DNA of 64,000 nucleotides, taken from assembly GCA_053919585.1 (NCBI GenBank), contig CM132827.1. One strand, written 5' to 3'. The translations under genes and the position numbers were made by a program. Below, piece after piece: positions 53,501-64,000 of the stretch. The notes under the pieces were generated by a model, which did no database searches, was not told where the DNA came from, and worked only from the letters and a program-made list of their open reading frames with translations. The stretch's first letter is position 1. Each line of letters begins with the position of its first letter. Source of the stretch: Euprymna scolopes (Eukaryota).

Positions 53501-56500
53501 TCTATCTCTCTACTAAAGTAAGCGATGGATAATTATTTCTATCTCTCTACTAAAGTAATGTTGGATAATTATTTCTATCTCTCTACTAAAGTAATGTTGG
53601 ATAATTATTTCTATCTCTCTACTAAAGTAATGTTGGATAATTATTTCTATCTCTCTACTAAAGTAATGTTGGATAATTATTTCTATCTCTCTACTAAAGT
53701 AATGTTGGATAATTATTTCTATCTCTCTACTAAAGTAATGTTGGATAATTATTTCTATCTCTCTACTAAAGTAATGTTGGATAATTATTTCTATCTCTCT
53801 ACTAAAGTAATGTTGGGTAATTATTTCTATCTCTCTACTAAAGTAATGTTGGGTAATTATTTCTATCTCTCTACTAAAGTAATGTTGGATAATTATTTCT
53901 ATCTCTCTACTAAAGTAATGTTGGGTAATTATTTCTATCTCTCTACTAAAGTAATGTTGGGTAATTATTTCTATCTCTCTACTAAAGTAATGTTGGGTAA
54001 TTATTTCTATCTCTCTACTAAAGTAATGTTGGGTAATTATTTCTATCTCTCTACTAAAGTAATGTTGGATAATTATTTCTATCTCTCTACTAAAGTAATG
54101 TTGGATAATTATTTCTATCTCTCTACTAAAGTAATGTTGGATAATTATTTCTATCTCTCTACTAAAGTAATGTTGGATAATTATTTCTATCTCTCTACTA
54201 AAGTAATGTTGGATAATTATTTCTATCTCTCTACTAAAGTAATGTTGGGTAATTATTTCTATCTCTCTACTAAAGTAATGTTGGATAATTATTTCTATCT
54301 CTCTACTAAAGTAATGTTGGATAATTATTTCTATCTCTCTACTAAAGTAATGTTGGATAATTATTTCTATCTCTCTACTAAAGTAATGTTGGATAATTAT
54401 TTCTATCTCTCTACTAAAGTAATGTTGGATAATTATTTCTATCTCTCTACTAAAGTAATGTTGGATAATTATTTCTATCTCTCTACTAAAGTAATGTTGG
54501 GTAATTATTTCTGTCTCTCTACTAAAGTAATGTTGGATAATTATTTCTATCTCTCTACTAAAGTAATGTTGGATAATTATTTCTATCTCTCTACTAAAGT
54601 AAGCGATGGATAATTATTTCTATCTCTCTACTAAAGTAATGTTGGATAATTATTTCTATCTCTCTACTAAAGTAATGTTGGATAATTATTTCTATCTCTC
54701 TACTAAAGTAATGTTGGATAATTATTTCTATCTCTCTACTAAAGTAATGTTGGATAATTATTTCTATCTCTCTACTAAAGTAATGTTGGATAATTATTTC
54801 TATCTCTCTACTAAAGTAATGTTGGATAATTATTTCTATCTCTCTACTAAAGTAATGTTGGATAATTATTTCTATCTCTCTACTAAAGTAATGTTGGATA
54901 ATTATTTCTATCTCTCTACTAAAGTAATGTTGGATAATTATTTCTATCTCTCTACTAAAGTAATGTTGGATAATTATTTCTATCTCTCTACTAAAGTAAT
55001 GTTGGATAATTATTTCTATCTCTCTACTAAAGTAATGTTGGATAATTATTTCTATCTCTCTACTAAAGTAATGTTGGATAATTATTTCTATCTCTCTACT
55101 AAAGTAATGTTGGATAATTATTTCTATCTCTCTACTAAAGTAAGCGATGGATAATTATTTCTATCTCTCTACTAAAGTAATGTTGGATAATTATTTCTAT
55201 CTCTCTACTAAAGTAATGTTGGATAATTATTTCTATCTCTCTACTAAAGTAATGTTGGATAATTATTTCTATCTCTCTACTAAAGTAATGTTGGATAATT
55301 ATTTCTATCTCTCTACTAAAGTAATGTTGGATAATTATTTCTATCTCTCTACTAAAGTAATGTTGGATAATTATTTCTATCTCTCTACTAAAGTAATGTT
55401 GGATAATTATTTCTATCTCTCTACTAAAGTAATGTTGGGTAATTATTTCTATCTCTCTACTAAAGTAATGTTGGGTAATTATTTCTATCTCTCTACTAAA
55501 GTAATGTTGGATAATTATTTCTATCTCTCTACTAAAGTAATGTTGGGTAATTATTTCTATCTCTCTACTAAAGTAATGTTGGGTAATTATTTCTATCTCT
55601 CTACTAAAGTAATGTTGGGTAATTATTTCTATCTCTCTACTAAAGTAATGTTGGATAATTATTTCTATCTCTCTACTAAAGTAATGTTGGATAATTATTT
55701 CTATCTCTCTACTAAAGTAATGTTGGATAATTATTTCTATCTCTCTACTAAAGTAATGTTGGATAATTATTTCTATCTCTCTACTAAAGTAATGTTGGAT
55801 AATTATTTCTATCTCTCTACTAAAGTAAGCGATGGATAATTATTTCTATCTCTCTACTAAAGTAATGTTGGATAATTATTTCTATCTCTCTACTAAAGTA
55901 ATGTTGGATAATTTTTTCTATCTCTCTACTAAAGTAATGTTGGATAATTATTTCTATCTCTCTACTAAAGTAATGTTGGATAATTATTTCTATCCCTCTA
56001 CTAAAGTAATGTTGGATAATTATTTCTATCTCTCTACTAAAGTAATGTTGGATAATTATTTCTATCTCTCTACTAAAGTAATGTTGGATAATTATTTCTA
56101 TCTCTCTACTAAAGTAATGTTGGGTAATTATTTCTATCTCTCTACTAAAGTAATGTTGGGTAATTATTTCTATCTCTCTACTAAAGTAATGTTGGATAAT
56201 TATTTCTATCTCTCTACTAAAGTAATGTTGGATAATTATTTCTATCTCTCTACTAAAGTAATGTTGGATAATTATTTCTATCTCTCTACTAAAGTAATGT
56301 TGGATAATTATTTCTATCTCTCTACTAAAGTAATGTTGGATAATTATTTCTATCTCTCTACTAAAGTAATGTTGGATAATTATTTCTATCTCTCTACTAA
56401 AGTAATGTTGGGTAATTATTTCTATCTCTCTACTAAAGTAATGTTGGATAATTATTTCTATCTCTCTACTAAAGTAATGTTGGATAATTATTTCTATCTC

Positions 56501-59500
56501 TCTACTAAAGTAAGCGATGGATAATTATTTCTATCTCTCTACTAAAGTAATGTTGGATAATTATTTCTATCTCTCTACTAAAGTAATGTTGGATAATTAT
56601 TTCTATCTCTCTACTAAAGTAATGTTGGGTAATTATTTCTATCTCTCTACTAAAGTAATGTTGGATAATTTTTTCTATCTCTCTACTAAAGTAATGTTGG
56701 ATAATTATTTCTATCTCTCTACTAAAGTAAGCGATGGATAATTATTTCTATCTCTCTACTAAAGTAATGTTGGATAATTATTTCTATCTCTCTACTAAAG
56801 TAATGTTGGATAATTATTTCTATCTCTCTACTAAAGTAATGTTGGATAATTATTTCTATCTCTCTACTAAAGTAATGTTGGATAATTATTTCTATCTCTC
56901 TACTAAAGTAATGTTGGATGATTATTTCTATCTCTCTACTAAAGTAATGTTGGATAATTATTTCTATCTCTCTACTAAAGTAATGTTGGATAATTATTTC
57001 TATCTCTCTACTAAAGTAATGTTGGGTAATTATTTCTATCTCTCTACTAAAGTAATGTTGGGTAATTATTTCTATCTCTCTACTAAAGTAATGTTGGATA
57101 ATTATTTCTATCTCTCTACTAAAGTAATGTTGGGTAATTATTTCTATCTCTCTACTAAAGTAATGTTGGGTAATTATTTCTATCTCTCTACTAAAGTAAT
57201 GTTGGGTAATTATTTCTATCTCTCTACTAAAGTAATGTTTGATAATTATTTCTATCTCTCTACTAAAGTAATGTTGGATAATTATTTCTATCTCTCTACT
57301 AAAGTAATGTTGGATAATTATTTCTATCTCTCTACTAAAGTAATGTTGGATAATTATTTCTATCTCTCTACTAAAGTAATGTTGGATAATTATCTATCTC
57401 TCTACTAAAGTAATGTTGGATAATTATTTCTATCTCTCTACTAAAGTAAGCGATGGATAATTATTTCTATCTCTCTACTAAAGTAATGTTGGATAATTAT
57501 TTCTATCTCTCTACTAAAGTAATGTTGGATAATTTTTTCTATCTCTCTACTAAAGTAATGTTGGATAATTATTTCTATCTCTCTACTAAAGTAATGTTGG
57601 ATAATTATTTCTATCTCTCTACTAAAGTAATGTTGGATAATTATTTCTATCTCTCTACTAAAGTAATGTTGGATAATTATTTCTATCTCTCTACTAAAGT
57701 AATGTTGGATAATTATTTCTATCTCTCTACTAAAGTAATGTTGGATAATTATTTCTATCTCTCTACTAAAGTAATGTTGGATAATTATTTCTATCTCTCT
57801 ACTAAAGTAATGTTGGATAATTATTTCTATCTCTCTACTAAAGTAATGTTGGATAATTATTTCTATCTCTCTACTAAAGTAATGTTGGATAATTATTTCT
57901 ATCTCTCTACTAAAGTAATGTTGGATAATTATTTCTATCTCTCTACTAAAGTAATGTTGGATAATTATTTCTATCTCTCTACTAAAGTAATGTTGGATAA
58001 TTATTTCTATCTCTCTACTAAAGTAATGTTGGATAATTATTTCTATCTCTCTACTAAAGTAATGTTGGATAATTATTTCTATCTCTCTACTAAAGTAATG
58101 TTGGATAATTATTTCTATCTCTCTACTAAAGTAATGTTGGATAATTTTTTCTATCTCTCTACTAAAGTAATGTTGGATAATTATTTCTATCTCTCTACTA
58201 AAGTAATGTTGGATAATTATTTCTATCTCTCTACTAAAGTAATGTTGGATAATTATTTCTATCTCTCTACTAAAGTAATGTTGGATAATTATTTCTATCT
58301 CTCTACTAAAGTAATGTTGGATAATTATTTCTATCTCTCTACTAAAGTAATGTTGGATAATTATTTCTATCTCTCTACTAAAGTAATGTTGGATAATTAT
58401 TTCTATCTCTCTACTAAAGTAATGTTGGATAATTATTTCTATCCCTCTACTAAAGTAATGTTGGATAATTATTTCTATCTCTCTACTAAAGTAATGTTGG
58501 GTAATTATTTCTATCTCTCTACTAAAGTAATGTTGGGTAATTATTTCTATCTCTCTACTAAAGTAATGTTTGATAATTATTTCTATCTCTCTACTAAAGT
58601 AATGTTGGATAATTATTTCTATCTCTCTACTAAAGTAATGTTGGATAATTATTTCTATCTCTCTACTAAAGTAATGTTGGATAATTATTTCTATCTCTCT
58701 ACTAAAGTAATGTTGGATAATTATCTATCTCTCTACTAAAGTAATGTTGGATAATTATTTCTATCTCTCTACTAAAGTAAGCGATGGATAATTATTTCTA
58801 TCTCTCTACTAAAGTAATGTTGGATAATTATTTCTATCTCTCTACTAAAGTAATGTTGGATAATTTTTTCTATCTCTCTACTAAAGTAATGTTGGATAAT
58901 TATTTCTATCTCTCTACTAAAGTAATGTTGGATAATTATTTCTATCTCTCTACTAAAGTAATGTTGGATAATTATTTCTATCTCTCTACTAAAGTAATGT
59001 TGGATAATTATTTCTATCTCTCTACTAAAGTAATGTTGGATAATTATTTCTATCTCTCTACTAAAGTAATGTTGGGTAATTATTTCTATCTCTCTACTAA
59101 AGTAATGTTGGGTAATTATTTCTATCTCTCTACTAAAGTAATGTTGGATAATTATTTCTATCTCTCTACTAAAGTAATGTTGGATAATTATTTCTATCTC
59201 TCTACTAAAGTAATGTTGGATAATTATTTCTATGTCTCTACTAAAGTAATGTTGGATAATTATTTCTATCTCTCTACTAAAGTAATGTTGGATAATTATT
59301 TCTATCTCTCTACTAAAGTAATGTTGGATAATTATTTCTATCTCTCTACTAAAGTAATGTTGGGTAATTATTTCTATCTCTCTACTAAAGTAATGTTGGA
59401 TAATTATTTCTATCTCTCTACTAAAGTAATGTTGGATAATTATTTCTATCTCTCTACTAAAGTAAGCGATGGATAATTATTTCTATCTCTCTACTAAAGT

Positions 59501-62500
59501 AATGTTGGATAATTATTTCTATCTCTCTACTAAAGTAATGTTGGATAATTATTTCTATCTCTCTACTAAAGTAATGTTGGATAATTATTTCTATCTCTCT
59601 ACTAAAGTAATGTTGGATAATTATTTCTATCTCTCTACTAAAGTAATGTTGGGTAATTATTTCTATCTCTCTACTAAAGTAATGTTGGGTAATTATTTCT
59701 ATCTCTCTACTAAAGTAATGTTGGATAATTTTTTCTATCTCTCTACTAAAGTAATGTTGGATAATTATTTCTATCTCTCTACTAAAGTAATGTTGGATAA
59801 TTATTTCTATCTCTCTACTAAAGTAATGTTGGATAATTATTTCTATCTCTCTACTAAAGTAATGTTGGGTAATTATTTCTATCTCTCTACTAAAGTAATG
59901 TTGGATAATTATTTCTATCTCTCTACTAAAGTAATGTTGGATAATTATTTCTATCTCTCTACTAAAGTAATGTTGGGTAATTATTTCTATCTCTCGACTA
60001 AAGTAATGTTGGATAATTATTTCTATCTCTCTACTAAAGTAATGTTGGATGATTATTTCTATCTCTCTACTAAAGTAATGTTGGATAATTATTTCTATCT
60101 CTCTACTAAAGTAATGTTGGGTAATTATTTATATCTCTCTACTAAAGTAATGTTGGGTAATTATTTCTATCTCTCTACTAAAGTAATGTTGGATAATTAT
60201 TTCTATCTCTCTACTAAAGTAATGTTGGATAATTATTTCTATCTCTCTACTAAAGTAATGTTGGATAATTATTTCTATCTCTCTACTAAAGTAATGTTGG
60301 ATAATTATTTTTATCTCTCTACTAAAGTAATGTTGGATAATTATTTCTATCTCTCTACTAAAGTAATGTTGGATAATTATTTCTATCTCTCTACTAAAGT
60401 AATGTTGGATAATTATTTCTATCTCTCTACTAAAGTAATGTTGGATAATTATTTCTATCTCTCTACTAAAGTAATGTTGGATAATTATTTCTATCTCTCT
60501 ACTAAAGTAATGTTGGATAATTATTTCTATCTCTCTACTAAAGTAATGTTGGATAATTATTTCTATCTCTCTACTAAAGTAATGTTGGATAATTATTTCT
60601 ATCTCTCTACTAAAGTAATGTTGGATAATTATTTCTATCTCTCTACTAAAGTAATGTTGGATAATTATTTCTATCTCTCTACTAAAGTAATGTTGGATAA
60701 TTATTTCTATCTCTCTACTAAAGTAAGCGATGGATAATTATTTCTATCTCTCTACTAAAGTAATGTTGGATAATTATTTCTATCTCTCTACTAAAGTAAT
60801 GTTGGATAATTATTTCTATCTCTCTACTAAAGTAATGTTGGATAATTATTTCTATCTCTCTACTAAAGTAATGTTGGATAATTATTTCTATCTCTCTACT
60901 AAAGTAATGTTGGATAATTATTTCTATCTCTCTACTAAAGTAATGTTGGATAATTATTTCTATCTCTCTACTAAAGTAATGTTGGATAATTATTTCTATC
61001 TCTCTACTAAAGTAATGTTGGGTAATTATTTATATCTCTCTACTAAAGTAATGTTGGGTAATTATTTCTATCTCTCTACTAAAGTAATGTTGGATAATTA
61101 TTTCTATCTCTCTACTAAAGTAATGTTGGATAATTATTTCTATCTCTCTACTAAAGTAATGTTGGATAATTATTTCTATCTCTCTACTAAAGTAATGTTG
61201 GATAATTATTTCTATCTCTCTACTAAAGTAATGTTGGATAATTATTTCTATCTCTCTACTAAAGTAATGTTGGATAATTATTTCTATCTCTCTACTAAAG
61301 TAATGTTGGATAATTATTTCTATCTCTCTACTAAAGTAATGTTGGATAATTATTTCTATCTCTCTACTAAAGTAATGTTGGATAATTATTTCTATCTCTC
61401 TACTAAAGTAATGTTGGATAATTATTTCTATCTCTCTACTAAAGTAATGTTGGATAATTATTTCTATCTCTCTACTAAAGTAATGTTGGGTAATTATTTC
61501 TATCTCTCTACTAAAGTAATGTTGGATAATTATTTCTATCTCTCTACTAAAGTAATGTTGGATAATTATTTCTATCTCTCTACTAAAGTAATGTTGGATA
61601 ATTATTTCTATCTCTCTACTAAAGTAATGTTGGATAATTATTTCTATCTCTCTACTAAAGTAATGTTGGGTAATTATTTCTATCTCTCTACTAAAGTAAT
61701 GTTGGATAATTATTTCTATCTCTCTACTAAAGTAATGTTGGATAATTATTTCTATCTCTCTACTAAAGTAATGTTGGATAATTATTTCTATCTCTCTACT
61801 AATGTAATGTTGGATAATTATTTCTATCTCTCTACTAAAGTAATGTTGGATAATTATTTCTATCTCTCTACTAAAGTAATGTTGGATAATTATTTCTATC
61901 TCTCTACTAAAGTAATGTTGGGTAATTATTTCTATCTCTCTACTAAAGTAATGTTGGGTAATTATTTCTATCTCTCTACTAAAGTAATGTTGGATAATTA
62001 TTTTTATCTCTCTACTAAAGTAATGTTGGGTAATTATTTCTATCTCTCTACTAAAGTAATGTTGGATAATTATTTCTATCTCTCTACTAAAGTAATGTTG
62101 GATAATTATTTCTATCTCTCTACTAAAGTAATGTTGGATAATTATTTCTATCTCTCTACTAAAGTAATGTTGGATAATTATTTCTATCTCTCTACTAAAG
62201 TAATGTTGGATAATTATTTCTATCTCTCTACTAAAGTAATGTTGGATAATTATTTCTATCTCTCTACTAAAGTAATGTTGGATAATTATTTCTATCTCTC
62301 TACTAAAGTAATGTTGGATAATTATTTCTATCTCTCTACTAAAGTAATGTTGGATAATTATTTCTATCTCTCTACTAAAGTAATGTTGGATAATTATTTC
62401 TATCTCTCTACTAAAGTAAGCGATGGATAATTATTTCTATCTCTCTACTAAAGTAATGTTGGATAATTATTTCTATCTCTCTACTAAAGTAATGTTGGAT

Positions 62501-64000
62501 AATTATTTCTATCTCTCTACTAAAGTAATGTTGGATAATTATTTCTATCTCTCTACTAAAGTAATGTTGGATAATTATTTCTATCTCTCTACTAAAGTAA
62601 TGTTGGATAATTATTTCTATCTCTCTACTAAAGTAATGTTGGATAATTATTTCTATCTCTCTACTAAAGTAATGTTGGATAATTATTTCTATCTCTCTAC
62701 TAAAGTAATGTTGGATAATTATTTCTATCTCTCTACTAAAGTAATGTTGGGTAATTATTTCTATCTCTCTACAAAAGTAATGTTGGGTAATTCTTTCTAT
62801 CTTACTACTAAAGTAATGTTGGATAATTATTTCTATCTCTCTACTAAAGTAATGTTGGGTAATTATTTCTATCTCTCTACTAAAGTAATGTTGGGTAATT
62901 ATTTCTATCTCTCTACTAAAGTAATGTTGGGTAATTATTTCTATCTCTCTACTAAAGTAATGTTGGGTAATTATTTCTATCTCTCTACTAAAGTAATGTT
63001 GGGTAATTATTTCTATCTCTCTACTAAAGTAATGTTGGGTAATTATTTCTATCTCTCTACTAAAGTAATGTTGGGTAATTATTTCTATCTCTCTACTAAA
63101 GTAATGTTGGGTAATTATTTCTATCTCTCTACTAAAGTAATGTTGGATAATTATTTCTATCTCTCTACTAAAGTAATGTTGGATAATTATTTCTATCTCT
63201 CTACTAAAGTAATGTTGGGTAATTATTTCTATCTCTCTACTAAAGTAATGTTGGATAATTATTTCTATCTCTCTACTAAAGTAATGTTGGATAATTATTT
63301 CTATCTCTCTACTAAAGTAATGTTGGATAATTATTTCTATCTCTCTACTAAAGTAATGTTGGATAATTATTTCTATCTCTCTACTAAAGTAATGTTGGAT
63401 AATTATTTCTATCTCTCTACTAAAGTAATGTTGGATAATTATTTCTATCTCTCTACTAAAGTAATGTTGGATAATTATTTCTATCTCTCTACTAAAGTAA
63501 TGTTGGATAATTATTTCTATCCCTCTACTAAAGTAATGTTGGATAATTATTTCTATCTCTCTACTAAAGTAATGTTGGATAATTATTTCTATCTCTCTAC
63601 TAAAGTAATGTTGGATAATTATTTCTATCTCTCTACTAAAGTAATGTTGGATAATTATTTCTATCTCTCTACTAAAGTAATGTTGGATAATTATTTCTAT
63701 CTCTCTACTAAAGTAATGTTGGATAATTATTTCTATCTCTCTACTAAAGTAATGTTGGATAATTATTTCTATCTCTCTACTAAAGTAATGTTGGGTAATT
63801 ATTTCTATCTCTCTACTAAAGTAATGTTGGATAATTATTTCTATCTCTCTACTAAAGTAATGTTGGATAATTATTTCTATCTCTCTACTAAAGTAATGTT
63901 GGATAATTATTTCTATCTCTCTACTAAAGTAATGTTGGATAATTATTTCTATCTCTCTACTAAAGTAATGTTGGGTAATTATTTCTATCTCTCTACTAAA
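11598..64000. repeat. 36-bp satellite DNA array, consensus TAATGTTGGATAATTATTTCTATCTCTCTACTAAAG (25% GC), about 1450 monomers, runs off the window
   Basis: Uninterrupted head-to-tail monomers in one orientation. Common variants are GGGT for GGAT, a 37-bp AAGCGATGG monomer and a CTTTCT monomer. Confidence 0.99.
32719..32818. other. Assembly gap (100 N)
   Basis: Run of exactly 100 N, probably a placeholder of unknown true size. Confidence 0.99.

Noticed and set aside
11620-62430. Polycistronic MLDNYFYLSTKV repeat-protein ORFs with overlapping stop/start (ATGGATAA)
   Set aside because: A 36-bp unit with a stop-free frame is open automatically, and the apparent coupling is just the +1 shift of the 37-bp variant. 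A minus-strand frame (EIEIIIQHYFSR) is also open. Nonsense and frameshift monomers occur, and there is no signal peptide or unique domain.
11598-64000. CRISPR array (36-37 bp repeats)
   Set aside because: Monomers are directly adjacent with no unique spacers, there are no cas genes, and the context is eukaryotic TE sequence.

Overview
AT-rich eukaryotic (animal) genomic DNA with no supportable protein-coding gene. Positions 1-11.6 kb are a dense nest of transposon remnants: 5'-truncated CR1/L2-group LINE fragments of two families, SINE-like insertions with clear target-site duplications (TSDs), non-autonomous Helitron-like elements, a decayed Penelope-type hammerhead ribozyme and microsatellites. 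The most unusual item is a 1.1-kb insertion (3602-4713) with a perfect 17-bp TSD, built from five ~210-bp units rich in GNRA/UNCG-capped hairpins. From ~11598 to the window end is a very homogeneous 36-bp satellite (TAATGTTGGATAATTATTTCTATCTCTCTACTAAAG, about 1450 copies). It is split by a 100-N gap into two sub-arrays with different variant repertoires and higher-order periods (145, 1304 and 7663 bp before the gap; 1081-bp blocks and 3641, 11138, 23177 and 24508 bp offsets after it). The MLDNYFYLSTKV ORFs are satellite artefacts and the array is not a CRISPR. The SINE and hammerhead-bearing repeats resemble cephalopod repeats from memory; this is not verified.
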